Notes: generated by a model not told the origin, from the letters alone. DNA of 63,640 nucleotides, filler included, from Chiloscyllium plagiosum (GCF_004010195.1; 4 parts of one record of this genome joined end to end with filler, not necessarily neighbours in it); one strand, 5' to 3'. Shown: positions 9,369 through 22,625, numbered from the whole stretch's first letter. Program-made: numbers and translations.

Positions 9369-10414
9369 ATGATAGCATTATTGAAAAAGTTTTGCTACAA
9401 CAACTGACTTCTGTGATTGCTGGCTCTGCAAGGTAACCCCATTGCAGATTGCAGCAGGATAAGAGTAACTTCAGGCTGTGTGCCTTAATATACCTCTGTG
9501 CAAAATCTTCGAGTAGCACCACATTCAGAAGGATAATGACAGTGAGGGCTGGCAGCTTGCTGTCAAAAATCATGACTTTGAGACAAATGTCTGGCATCTT
9601 GTAATGTAGAGGGATGAGGAGACAAATGGGAATTTGGGCAAATCCTTCTGAAACGAATGTGATACCTTCAGTTTATCTACGATTAACAAAAGTTGTTTGA
9701 TGACTTTGGAAGTGTTTTATTACTTCTGCAGAGTAAGGTCAAATGACTGCCTGTTGAGTTGTGTGTGGAAAATCTTTAATGTCTCTTGACTTTTACTTGA
9801 AAATCACTCAAACTGATATTCCAACCTAGGGCTGTTGTCTTTATGGTTCAAAGACTGCTGTACCGGATTTGTTTTTCTATGTAATGTCTGCTCAGAGCAG
9901 TCTTGAACATTAATTATCTTCAATGGGGCAATTGGGTGAGATGAAGCAAAGAAACTCGAGTAAAAATATGCAAATGATCTGGATAGAAAATGGGTTAAAA
10001 TTGACTAATTTTCCTGTGTCTTGATGCCAAAAAACTGTCTGACACCACAATGGCCTCAAATACTGCTGGAGTGAATGAAGCTGAAGCCATGAAGGGCCCA
10101 CGTGCCTCTGGCAAGAAGGCCCTCAGCTTGTCAGGACCTTACAGCCAGCAATATACCTCCATGGTCGCCCAACCAAACCTCCAAAGCCAACTGGCTTCAC
10201 TGCTGCTCAGGTATGGGCCTGGAACAACACTCAGACATATTGGGAGGGAAAGCAAGAACAAAAAAATCCTTTTGGGATATTATTAATTATATCGTCATCA
10301 CATGTGAGTGGCCTATTGCTTATTTCTGGCCTGTTGCCTATTTTGGGTCACTTTTCTACATTGGGTTGATATTATTGGGCATAGATATGCCTGAGCATCC
10401 AAAGAAACTCCTTG

Positions 10415-11180
10415 AGACATCGGAGCAGATTTAGGCCAATCGGCCCATCATGCCTTCTCCACCATTGCATCATGGCTGAAATGTTTTTCAACCCCATTCT
10501 TCTGTCTTCTCCTCATAACCCTTAATCATCTTACTAATTAAGAACCTATCTATCTCTCATAAACACACACACTGACTTGGCCTCCACAGCCCTCTGCAGC
10601 AATGAATTCCACAGGTTAACCAGCCTCTGGCTGATGAAATTCCTCCTCCTCTCAGTTCTAAAAGATCATCCCTTTTCTTTGAGACTGTGCCCTTGGATCC
10701 TAGTGTCTCCTCCTGGTGGAAGCATCTTCTCCATGTACACTGTATCCAGACATCACCATATTCTGTAAGTTTCAATGAGATCAACCCTCATCCTTCCCAA
10801 ACCCCATCAGGTACAGACCCAAATTCCTCAACCTCTCTCTATGCGACAAGTCGTTCATCCCTGGGATCATTCTTGTAAATTTCCTCTGGACCCCGTCCAA
10901 TGCCAGGACACTTTTCCAAAGATACAAGGCCCGAAACTGCTCACAATATTTCAAAAGCAGTCTGATTAGTACTTCTGTGCTCTTTGTATTTTAGTCCTGT
11001 TAAAATGAATGCTACCATTCCACTTGCCTTCCTAACAGCCAACTGAACCTGCATGTTAACCTCAAGAGAATCCTGAATTCGAACTCCCAAGTCCTTTTGT
11101 GGATCAGATTTCCGAAGCCTTTCCCCATTTGGAAAGTAGTATACACTGCTATTCCAACTACCGAAGTGCATAACCTCACA
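10415..11180 (-). mobile_element. CR1/HER1 LINE 3' fragment
   Basis: Translates to CR1 RT C-terminal motifs (QKDLGVRIQDSL..VQLAVRKA) and carries the 3' tail. Confidence 0.85.
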
Positions 11181-11377
11181 AGTACCTCACACGAGAGTTT
11201 TATTTTTGTATTTGTGGAGCGAGAGGAGCAGATATGTTCTGCTAAGCTCTACTGCAAAGTCCATCTGGCAACTTGTCATTGGCCCTCTCTCTCCCTGGAC
11301 TTATCAGATGATTGCAGACTATTTTTATACATTAAGTAATAAAATATTGGACATAATTGTGATAATGATAGATTGTT

Positions 11378-12425
11378 GGACTTCAGTAAAGCCTTTGATA
11401 AGGTTCTACAATGGACTTCAGTAAAGCCTTTTATAACGTTCCATATGGTAGGCTGTTGGAGAAAATGCAGAGGCATGGAATTGAGGGTGATTTAGCAGTT
11501 TGGATTAGAAACTGGCTTTCTGAACGAAGGCAGCGAATGGTGGTTGATGGAAAATATTCAGCCTGGAGTCCGGTTACTAGTGGTGTGCCACAAGGATCTG
11601 TTTTGGGACCACTGCTGTTTGTCATTTTTATAAATGACTTAGACGCAGGCATAGGTGGATGGATTAGTAAATTTGCAGACGACATTAAAGTCGGTGGAGT
11701 AGTGGACAGTGTGGAAGTGTGTTACAGGTTGCAGGGGGACTTGGATAAACTGCAGAATTGGGCTAAGAGGTGGCAAATGGAGTCAAATGCAGCTAAATTT
11801 GAGGTGACGCACTTTGGGAAGAATAACAGGAAGGCAGAGTACTGGGTCAATGGAAAGATTCTTGGTTGTGTGTATGTGCAGAGGAATCTTGGAGTCCATG
11901 TACATAGATCCCTGAACGTTGCCACCAAGATGAATGGTGCTGTTAAGAAGGCATATGGTTTGTTAGGTTTCATTCATAGAGGGATTGAGTTCCGGAGCCG
12001 CAATATCATGCTGCAACAGTTCACCTGCTGGTGTGTGCTAGGCGGTTTCCTTTCCCTTTGCTCAACGACCTATTTGCTGAACTAGCCGGAGGTCAGCTAG
12101 AGACATACAAGATAATCAGAGGATTAGATAGGGTAGACAGTGAAAGTTTTTTTCCTAGGATGATTGCTTCAACGTGTACAAGGGGGCATAACTACAAATT
12201 GAGGGGTGATAGATTTAAGACAGATGTCAGAGGCAGGTTCTTTACGCAGAGAGTGGTAAGGGCGTGGAATGCCCTACCTGCTAAGGTAGTCAACTCAGCC
12301 ACATTATGGAGATTTAAACAATCCTTAGATAAGCACATGGATGATTTTAGGATAGTGTAGGGGGACGATCTGAGAATAGTTCACAGGTCGGTGCAACATC
12401 GATGGCCGAAGGGCCTGTTCTATGT
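11378..12425 (+). mobile_element. CR1/HER1 LINE ORF2 3' fragment
   Basis: MDFSKAF, SGVPQGSVLGPLLFVIFINDL, KFADD and RGRFFTQRVV..WNALP motifs, with the tail GGCCGAAGGGCCTGTTC. It has a short tandem duplication at its 5' end and an internal deletion/insert at ~12020-12100. Confidence 0.92.
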
Positions 12426-12434
12426 TGGTAAAAT

Positions 12435-12700
12435 GTAACCACATTCTCCCCCTCCGATTCTCTTTTGATTTAATCCTTCCACTTGCTTCATCACTTAGAC
12501 ATTGCCCTTGTTGAGAAGTGCACTGCTTGTCACTGGCCACTCGGGTGTTTCCTTCCTTCCTGGTGGTGGAATATGAATAAACTTTTCTTCACTTGTTGTT
12601 CTTCACTGTGCCCTACACCTGCACATACACAATATGGGTGATGGGGAAAAATAAGCATTACCACTGTTAGGCTGTAGTGTAGGGGTTTATATTAAAAAAA
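12435..12700 (+). mobile_element. Older Tx1-like 3' end (same family as the 59-63 kb array)
   Basis: GTCACTGGCCACTCGGGTGTTT..CCTGGTGGTGGAAT..AATAAA...GGGGAAAAATAAGCATTACC matches the reverse complement of the array unit. It ends in an A-run followed by GAGATTAGATT. Confidence 0.8.
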
Positions 12701-13659
12701 GAGATTAGATTATTGGTGATGGAATACCAGCCTTGATGCAGTTATTTTACCCAAAAAAATGTAACCGCTTTCTTTTGTTTTGTGGTTTGACTTAAATGAC
12801 TCATGGTTCATCACATGAACTGTATGCTGCTCTTGGCTTTGTGGGGGACGTGTGTGTGTGCGTGTTTGTGTGTTTACTAAATAAATTAACTGAACAAACG
12901 CGTTGCTGTGAGTGCTTTGCAGAGAGTTGATTTATTTGAATAAAAATAGAATGCAGTAATCCCGTGAGTCTTGTAATTATATATTAGATTCTCACTGACA
13001 ATAAATTGAATAAGTTTTCTTTTTTGATATTCAGCGAATGTTTGGGACTTTCGGCATGATTTGTACTTCCTCTTAAGTAGCCATGCTCCTGTGAGCCTAT
13101 ATAGTAAATGCCAGCAAGGTATTTCTTGCAAGTCATCACAAACAATCTCACTCCCTCTTCTATTAATGCTTTTGGAAAGCACACACTAAGACTTGGATCC
13201 TGATTATCTACTTGGGCTAATAAAAAAAAACCCAACCAGGAAATGTAGCATTGTATGCATGATAAGGGTGCTACAGTTCTTCCATCTGAAAAAATAAAGC
13301 TATATAACTTCCTTGGGCTTTCTATGTCAATGTGGTATGATTTGCTGTACTCAGGACACAAAATCATCATCTTTCTTTGTGAGCTGAATCTTATGTTTTT
13401 TGTAAGGCTGTACCAGTTTTGATGAGGGTTTCTCTCTGGTCAAGTGCAATCTCTTGCCATATCTTACTGAACCCACCCCACTATCTATCCTCACCCAGCT
13501 CTAGCCCCATTTTAGCAAGCACAACTCCCAGGAAAACGCACCACTCGTTAGATATATGATGGAAGACCAAGCATCTCTGGACCCCGTGCCATATCTGAGC
13601 ACTGACATCTTGAAGTTGCCCTCCTCGGTGATGCACATTCATTCAGAAGATATCTGATA

Positions 13660-14260
13660 AGGGAGTGATCCGGAGGTCCTCGTGGATAGGGTGGTGCAGA
13701 GGAGGGCCTTCCTCTTCCAGGAGGACCAGCAGACGAGGCCACAACACCTGACCCTGACAGCCTGATCTGAAGTTGCCATCCAGGTCTTGTGATCTCCTTT
13801 GTGCAGAAGAATGGCCAGCTGTGCCAGAGGAAGCACAATGACCTCTGCTCTGCCAGGGTAAGTGCCTCACTCTTCTCTCTCTGATACACCACCCTCTCCC
13901 TGTCTCTGCTGCTGCAGCCACCTCCTACCAAGCCTCCTGCTCTGCCACTCTTACTGTTGCCTTCAACATCTTTCCTCTCATCTGCCCTCCATATCACTAA
14001 GTCCACATATCCTTGTCGCTGCCATTTATTTATCTGGGACATCTCGTCACCTTAAACCTTCCCCCTCCCCTCTGCACCAGCACTAACATCTGTGCCAATA
14101 ATTTTCAACTCACTCAATCCCTGCTTTTCTCTCATTCCAGGAGAAGACAGTCGACAGGAGTGCAGAAAGGACGTGGAAGGATGGAGGAGTACCTGACATC
14201 GGACTCTTCACCTGTTGAGGAAAGAATGCTTTCCATTGTGGAAGACTGGGACCACTTCTG
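13660..14260 (+). mobile_element. Harbinger/PIF transposon relic, Myb/SANT-like DNA-binding gene (spliced, decayed)
   Basis: EVLVDRVVQRRAFLF...LTA*SEVAIQV..(fs)..KNGQLCQRKHNDL..SAR, donor GTAAGT at 13858, acceptor cattccAG at 14140, then EKT...ER..KDGGVPDI...EERMLSIV. This is the pattern of Harbinger Myb/NAIF1-like proteins. The element probably extends to ~18100, but its ends were not found. Confidence 0.65.
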
Positions 14261-15432
14261 AGGGGATGCTGATGCATTAATCCCAGGTGAACTGAGGAAG
14301 TACCACTCTTCGTTCCCCAGGAAAGCCGCTGTCAGTGCACACCACTTCTAACAGTTGGCTGTGATGTCTCTCTCCCTTGGGTTCTGTAGTTAACAGCAAG
14401 CTGTCTGTTACCCAAAACAGAAACGCCTCAGTCTGTCAGGAGCCATCTCCTTGACCTGTAAGGAAGACAGTACCAAGGTCTCGGGGGAACCATCAGCAAG
14501 GCACCGTGCAGTAGCTCAGATACTGAGAGCTCGACGGGTTGTTTGGGAGTATAAGCTTGTGAGCACCTCACTATGACATCTCCACAGCTGGTAATGGAAG
14601 TAATGCTGCAGGTCACTGGTACTTGGAAGCCAGACTGGGACCAGGCATCCCTTGGACATATCCACGCTGTGGGAGCTTAGCTGCCACAAGAAGGTAACCA
14701 CCTGGCTGCCTCTATGGACAAGTTAGATTCTGCTACAGAGAGTCAGGTCCAGCACCGTCAAGGTCCGCTGGACAGATACAAACATCTACACTCCGTCACC
14801 CTAGTTGTTGGTCCTCGGAACCGAAGACTGAGTTGCAGAGCCTGGTGTGCCCTCGCAGACTCCCTCACAGGGAGATGACGATGTGAGGAGGAAGCACACC
14901 TGGGCTCCTTAGAAGCCTCCTCTCTGGAAATTTCAGAAGAGGCCAGGCCCTCCACCTCCAACCTATCCGTTCACCTTCCAATCTTGGACGTTGAAGCCAA
15001 CGAGCTTCCACTTACCTCTGACAAGAAGACCCTCTGCACATCTGGCCCTTTAGCTAAGGAAGCAAGATGAGCAAAGTGTACATAAGACAGTGGGGTCTGC
15101 TGGCATCCTCACGGTCAGACATCACTATTCTTCCCTTTCTAAAGGTGTGTAGTGTTGAATGACGTATCAGTAATGAGTGGGGCAGATAGATCTGTTTACT
15201 GTACAGCGTCTGAGTCTGTGTGTACCGTTCTGCTGTCTAAAGGACCATCCATCAGTGGACCCTCCCTCACAGGTTAAGACACTTGCCCTGCCCATTTCAG
15301 GTATGGTTGCAGCCACTTCCTTCCTCATTGATATGATGGAAGGTGACATTGAATGCTTGATTGGCAATGATTACCAGCTCCTACCTTGACTTGTCAGTGT
15401 GGCCCTGAATATCCATAGCCCCTTCCTAATGG

Positions 15433-16808
15433 AGTCATAGAGTCAAGAGCTGTACAGCAAGGAAATAGACCTTTTGGTTGTCTGTCCATTGCCTGTCATG
15501 ATCTTATAAACTTTTATAAGATGGGCAATTTAGCATGGCCAATTCACCTGACCTGCACATCTTTGGACTTTGGGAGGAAACTTTTATAAGATCACCCCTC
15601 AGCCTCAGATGCTCCAGGGAAAATAGCCCCAGCTGTGGGCGGCACGGTGGCACAGTGGTTAGCACTGTTGCCTCACAGCGCCAGAGACTTGGGTTCAATT
15701 CCCGCCTCAGGCAACTGACTGTGTGGAGTTTGCATGTTCTCCCCGTGCCTGGGTGGGTTTCCTCTGGGTGCTCCGGTTTCCTCCCACAGTCCAAAGATGT
15801 GCAGGTCAGGTGAATTGGCCATGCTAAATTGCCCGTAGTGTTAGGTAAGGGGTAAATGTAGGGGTATGGGTGGGTTGCGCTTTGGCGGGTCGTTGTGGAC
15901 TTGTTGGGCCGAAGGGCCTGTTTCCACACTGTAATGTAATCTATTCAGCCTCTCCCTATAGCTCAAATCCTCCAACCCTGGCAACATCCTTGTAAATCTT
16001 TTCTGAACCCTTTCAAGTTTGACAACATCCTACAGCAGAGAGACGAGAACTGCATACAGTATTCCAAAAGTGGCTTAACCAATGCCTTGTACTGTCACAG
16101 CATGACCTCCCAACTCCTATACTCAGTGCCCTAATCAATAAAGGCAAGCATACCAAATGCCGCCTTCACTATCCTATCAATCTGGAGTTCCCCTCTGAAG
16201 TAACTATGAACCTGCACTCCAAGGTCTCTTTGTTCATCAGCACTGCCATAGACCTTACCATTAAGTGTATAAGTCCTGCCCTGATTTGCCTTTCCAAACT
16301 GAATCACCTCACATTTATCTAAATTGAACTCCATTTGCCGCACCTCGGCCCATTGGCCCATCTGATCAAGATCCCATCTGAAGTAACCTTCTTTGCTGTC
16401 CACTACACCTCCAATTTTGGTGCCATCTGCAAACTTACTGGCCATAGCTCCTATGTTCACATCCAAATCATTTATATAAATGACAAAAAGCAGCAGACCC
16501 AGCACTGATCCTTGTGGCACACCAATGGTCACAGGCCTCAAGTCTGAAAAAACAGCCATTCACCACCACCTTCTGTCTTCTACCTTTGTGCCAATTCTGT
16601 ATCCAAATGGCAAGTTCTCCCTGTATTCCATGTGATCTAACCTTGCTGACCAGTCTACCATGAGGAACCTTGTTGAAGGCCTCACTGAAGTACATATAGA
16701 CCACATCTGTCAATATGCCCTCATTAATCTTCTTCGTTACTTCTGCAAAAAACTCAATCAAGTTAGTGAGACACAATTTCCCACACATAAAGCCATGTTG
16801 ACTGTCCC
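15433..16808 (-). mobile_element. CR1/HER1 LINE ORF2 fragment with nested SINE
   Basis: LCLTNLIEFF, GVPQGSVLG and KFADGTKIGG motifs (ORFs 16131-16559 and 16468-16788). Confidence 0.9.
15636..15943 (+). mobile_element. Full-length HE1 V-SINE
   Basis: A box TGGCACAGTGG, B box GGTTCAATTCC, V-domain, and tail GGGCCGAAGGGCCTGTTTCCACACTGTAA..AATCTA. Confidence 0.92.
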
Positions 16809-18159
16809 ATGAAGCTTACAGGCTACATTCCTTCCCAGATCGCCATCCAACCTGAGCCCACCAACGTCTGCTGTATGAGGTGACCATGCCAGATGTAGAC
16901 CATCCACTGTTTCCAACTCCTCCTCTTCTCCACCCCAGCCCCCCTCTTCAAGTTATGGTGCTCCTGATTGGATGAACTACACTCCTTCATTCCCCTATTC
17001 CTGTTCATGTTTTCCCATATACACCTCATAAAAATGAAGTTGCTGGCCCTTTACAAATGTCATTCCCCAGTGTAGCCCAACCTGCAGCCCCCAATCCTTA
17101 CAAATAGATTGCTATGCTGTGCTCCACACCCCCCTCCCCCCAACCCCAAACACCGATGGATCAGACCAACTGACTATGGCCCACCCCCTGGAGTAGCCTT
17201 ATGGACTGTCCTAGTCCAGAAGTGGCTGAGTCACTGGATGATGCCTGTAAATCTTCCCAACTGGGTTAGCCCAATCCTGGACTGACTGGCTACTCTGAAA
17301 CCACAGGACTGATTGTGACTAACTCCTAGAACTGAAGGCGCACATACATCCTGACTAGACGTCTAATGGTGACCAATCTGCTGGACTGGTACAGGAGGCT
17401 GCCCTTGACTTACTGTGCTGACTGACGGTGCCTCCATGGACCTTGATGAGGATGTGCCCAGATTTGAGATCAGACTGCTTGCTTGTTACATACGCAGGGT
17501 GTTTGCTGTGTGAGCTGCTGGCATGTGGTGCAGCTGTGAGGTAGATATAGGACAGTGCTGTATGGAAAGATGTAAACCCCTAGACTACGCATTGCTGATC
17601 AGCAAGGCAAGTTGCCTGTACAACTTGGCAATGCAAGGCAAGAATGCTAAGGGCATGGTGAGTGTGCAAATGAGCAGCCCTGAGATGCAGCCCAGTCCAT
17701 TCTGTGAACTGGGTGTCTTTCCCTGTGCACAGAGACCTGAACAGCTTTTCAGTGCTAATGCTGGTGTGCCTTGCAATGCAGATCTTTCTGTACTTCCTTT
17801 TATGTCCTGCAAGTGGATCGGAGAGATATGATGAATGTTCTTGGGGATTGGTAACTATTTAATGCTAGTATCTGTGGATAGGGAGGACATGTGTCTGGTG
17901 CCCCTTGAGATGTTGCTTGGAGGTTCTTTGCAGCTGAAGTTGCCAGGTACATGCTCGGTCCTCCACATTGAGAATTCTCGGCATCTCAGTTTGCTCACAG
18001 CAGTGGCCGGACAGGAAGCAACAAATTAATGAGGTGAGATTGCAGTTAATAAGATTGTTAACAAGCAATAATAGACAACCCAACACTCCCTAGTGAGAAT
18101 CTCACTTTGATGCCCAGAACTTAAAAATATGTGATAATGTAAACTTCAGATCTTTAATA

Positions 18160-18803
18160 ACTGTTCATTGACTGAGATAAGTTGCAATAACTCTGTCCAG
18201 AACAAACTTAAGGGACAGGACAAACTGTTACACAGAGATTGAAAGCAATTAGCCATATCTGGAAGAAGAAGGAGTTTAAGCTATATAAATAAAACTGTTT
18301 TAACAGCAGCTTGATAACTAGCTGCCTTATGCCACAAGGACAAATGATTGCCTTGCAGAAAAATTTAAGCAGTTAATGACAGGACAGGCTGTGTTTCAAA
18401 CATACAAGCCAATACCAAATGGAACAAGGAAGCTACTTCAGATAAGGAGGCAAGCTGCAGACTTGAGAGCTCCAGAGGACTGGTCAACAATAATGTCACA
18501 CCACAAACTTGCAGGAAAAATTGTACAATAATTCAACTCCAGGATTCTTAAGGAGCAGAAGCTGGGAGAATAACTGCACTGGATTGAACCCAGGACCCAT
18601 CCAGAGACAGACACAATTGTTTGGAATTGTAGCTACATTCCACCATTAATTGGATTGGGTTGTGAGGCTTAACTTGCTTACTTGAGGAATCTTATTTTGG
18701 TTACTATATGTAATAAAGTTTCAGTCATTGCTTCAGTATTTGATTGTGAGATTTCTTAACAAGTAGCTGAATTCAAGATCGCTTGTGGAAATTTTCTGCA
18801 ACC
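18160..18803 (+). repeat. Possible solo LTR
   Basis: TG...CA-bounded ~640 bp block with AATAAA at ~18712 followed by a T/G-rich tract. The near-TSD ATAAC/ATAAT is weak evidence. Confidence 0.3.
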
Positions 18804-19044
18804 ATAATGGGATGCTATTGATGTTGAGATGTCTTGCTGACCTTCATGTGTGATTTTTGTCACATTTCTTTCTGTTGCCCACCTCATGCAGGCCATGATA
18901 AGATTCTGCCTTAAATCTGTGTTTGTCTATTCTCTAAACTCTACACACTGCCCTTCTCTGCTGCATGCTGTGGGCTAGGTTGCAAGGCCATGCACTGGTA
19001 CCTCACTCCCAGGATTCTTAACACACTGTCTAAAGTGACAAATT

Positions 19045-19660
19045 TAAAAACAATATCACGCCACATCAGGTTAGGGTCCAACAGGTTTATTTGGAGGTAC
19101 AGGCTTTCGGAGGGCTGCTCCTTCATCAGGTAGCTAGTGGGGTAGGATCATAGGATACAGAATGTATAGTAAAAGATCAAAGTGTCATACAACTGATGCA
19201 ATGTTCTGAACAGACCTAGATTGCTGTTAATTCTTTAATCACTTAGAATGAGGATGCAGGTTTCGATTTATTAATTTGCAAAACCCAGAGCATCTTTCAA
19301 GTCATATTCCCAAGATAACTTAAGGTTTTATTTAAAGAAAAGTAACTTCTCAGCTCAGACAGTGCATATCTCGGGACTGTGACTTGAAAGAAGTTCTGGG
19401 ATTTACATGTTAATGAATCGAAATCTGCAACCCATTCTACATGATTAACAGCAATCCAGGTTTGTTCACACATTCCTAAGTTGTATGACACTTTCATCAT
19501 TTACTATAAATTATGTGTTCTATGATCCTGTCCACTGGCTACCTGATAAAGGAGTGTTCTGAAAACTTGTACACTTTCAATTGAACCTTTTGGACTCTAA
19601 CCTGGTGTTGTTTGATTTTTAACTTTGTCCACCCCAATCCAACACCGGCAGCTTAACATT
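19045..19660. mobile_element. Inverted pair of Penelope pLTRs
   Basis: ~19045-19320 is the diverged reverse complement of ~19365-19620. The left arm has the hammerhead core CTGATGAAGGAG..CTCCGAAAG on the minus strand and the right arm has a decayed core. Confidence 0.78.
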
Positions 19661-19937
19661 AAAATGATAAATGTTGGTTTGCATAGCTAACTTGATCTTG
19701 GCATCACAAACACCCACACACTGATTGCACTTGCATCAGGAATGCTGGTTTAATTTTCCCCATCTGTACCTTACCCAGGAGGAGCAGGCAGCGTTGGCAT
19801 GCCCTTTGCTGAGATCAAGACTCTGTCCTGACTCATCTGGGACCCCTCACCCAATATCAGAGTAGGAAAGAAGAAAAGCTGGAATAGAAAATATCACGTA
19901 GCTGATCTCTCCGACCTCTCTCTCCGAAATCTTAATT

Positions 19938-20466
19938 ATAGAGTCATAGAGATGTACGGCATGGAAACAAATCCTTCGGTCCAACTCGTCAATACTAACC
20001 AGATATCCCAACCCAATCTAGTCCCACCTGCCAAAACCTGGCCCATATCCCTCCAAATCCTTACTACTCATATACCCATCCAGATGCCTTTTAAATGTTG
20101 CAATTGTACTAGCCTCCACCACTTCCTCTGGCAGCTCATTTCATATATGTACAACCTTCTGTGTGAAGATGTTGCCTCTTAGGTCTCTTTTATATCTTTC
20201 CCCTTCCACCCTAAACCTATGCCCTCTAGTTCTGGACTCCCCCACCTCCGGGAAAAGATTTTGTCTATATATCCTATCCATGCCCCTCATGATTTTATAA
20301 ACCTCTATAAGGTCACCCCTCAGCCTCCGATGCTCCAGGGAAAACAGCCTTAGCTTATTCAACCTCTCCCTATAGCTCAAATTCTTCAAACCCGGCAACA
20401 TCCTTGTAAATCTTTTCTGAACCCTTTCAAGTTTCAGAGTTGCACGCAATATTCCAACAGTGGCCT
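19938..20466 (-). mobile_element. CR1/HER1 LINE 3' fragment
   Basis: LERVQKRFTRMLPGL...RLRGDLIEVYKIM plus the 3' tail. Confidence 0.9.
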
Positions 20467-20961
20467 TCACTTGAAACTTGGATTCATTTTCTTAATGCCT
20501 CGGATATTCTTCTCTACATTGTGACTGTTAAACACTTTGTGACATTTTATTTGACATTAAAGGTGTCATATAAATACAAGTTGTTATTGTAAAGCATACC
20601 TACAGTTTTTTTTTGAGAGCTCATTTAAATGTTACATGGGAAATGCAAGTTTGTCTTGTGGTACAGTGGTAGTACACTGAGCGGCCGGAAGGTCAAGGTT
20701 CAAGTCCCATCTACCCTAGTGGTGTGTTGTAACTTATCTAAACAGTTTGATGAAAGTAACTGCTGCTAGCAGCTCTAAGGAGAAAACATCATGGATTGAC
20801 TTTCGTAGTTACCCGTAACTAATGCAACTAATGATACTAGTTGCTGAGGAAAGGTCATCAACCTGAAGTGCTAACTGGTTTTCAACAGATGCCGTTGAGT
20901 ATTTCCAGGGTTTTCTGTTTTTATTGGCTACTAATTTGTTAACTTTCTCCCCTTCTCATAG

Positions 20962-21081
20962 CTGAAGTCTGCAAATGAACATTATATCGTTGCTGAGCAC
21001 ACCACTCCAGTGCACAAATATGTGGATAACCTAACATTCAAACTGACTTCCTCTTTTGACAAGAGATCCTGCTCTGTCTCT
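20962..21081 (+). CDS. Uncharacterised secreted protein, coding exon 3
   Basis: Acceptor ctttctccccttctcatAG; 120 nt, phase 0/0. Translates as LKSANEHYIVAEHTTPVHKYVDNLTFKLTSSFDKRSCSVS with donor GTAAGT at 21082. It continues exon 2 in frame. Confidence 0.85.
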
Positions 21082-21704
21082 GTAAGTAATATAACTATAT
21101 TTTTGCACACCAACTCACAATGTTGTTAGCCACCAATAGGAACTATTCCTTTATACAGGATTCTGTTCTTGAAAAGTTCACATTTAATGTGTTTTGCCTG
21201 ATTGCCAGTTGGTAATTGTTTGAACTAGAGACGTTGTATTTAGTACCTCTTTAAAATGTGCTGTGAATATTATATACATCCTGCCATGATCTTCTATGGG
21301 CCACCAGCTGTCTTGTCATTACCATTTTCCGTATTGAAAATAGAGTTTAAGCAAAGATTTAATAACATTTTAAAACACGAGGGAGATAGAAGAAAATAAA
21401 TTCAAAACTTTAATGATCAGGTTAATGTCACTTACATTACTCTACATATTTTCAGTAGTTTTACGATAATAATGTTTTGTTGAGAAAGGAATTGCATGAG
21501 TTGAAAAAATACAAAGCACAAATAGATATTCCTACACCTATTGTGTTTAAGGATTAAGATGACACTTTATTCAAACCTTTACTGGAGAGACCATTTTGAT
21601 GCTTTCTTCCACTAAGACCCTCCTTTTAAAAATTCATTTTTTTGTTCAAATTTTTGGTCCCCTACCATATTTTCTCTTTCAATGGTTTGACATGTTCTTT
21701 TTCA

Positions 21705-22625
21705 GAACAGAAGAACATGGAGCAGGAGTTGGAAGTTTAGCTCCTCAAGCCTGCTGTGCCATTTAATACGATCATGGCTGATCTCATCACGGCCTCATCT
21801 CCACATTCCTGCCCACTGTCCATCACCCTTCAACTCATTTCTAATTATAAATCTGCCTGTCTCCTCTTTAAATTTATTCATCGATTTAGCATCCACCACA
21901 CTATGGGGTAATGAATTCCACAGATTCACAGCCCTTTTGAGAGAAGTAATTTTTCCTTATCTCTGTTTTAAATCTGCTATCCCTCATCCTAAAATTATGA
22001 GCTGTCATTCTAGATTGTCCCACATGAGGAAACATCCTTTCTGTGTCTATTTTGTCAATTTGTACTTTTAGCATCTTATGTATCTCAATTCAATCTTCTT
22101 TCATTATTCTTATCTCTAGAAAGTATAGGCCTAATCCCTCTTAAGACAAAACCATCATCTCTAAAATCAATCTAGTGAACATCCTTTGAATTGCTCCTAA
22201 TGCAACAATTCCTTCTTCAAGGAAGATCAGAGATCATAAACTCCCTGCAGTGTGGAAACAGGCTACCTGGCCCAACAAGTATCAAAACTGTACACAATAC
22301 TCCAGATGTAGCCTTGTATAGTTGCAGCAACATTTCTCTACTTTTACATTCTCTTCATTAGCAATAAATGCCAAAATTCCATTATTATCTACCTTATTAC
22401 CTGCTGTACTTGCATACTAACTTTTGGTGATTAAGAGATGTGGACACCCAGGTCCCGTTGCATTGAAGTACTCAAGTTGTCTTTCTATTCCTCTGACCAA
22501 AATGGATATCCCGACATTTATCACTTGAAGTATATCTGCCAATTTTTGGTCCATTCACTTAGTTTGTAAAGTTCTTATGTCTGCATTGCAACTTACATTC
22601 ACACCTATTGTATTGTTATCTGCAA
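21705..22625 (-). mobile_element. Decayed CR1 LINE 3' fragment
   Basis: Collinear with the CR1 copy at 10415-11180 (tail, ATGAATTCCACAGATTCAC, etc.). Confidence 0.75.

Noticed and set aside
12984..13370. 128-aa minus-strand ORF
   Set aside because: No recognisable motif or splice support.
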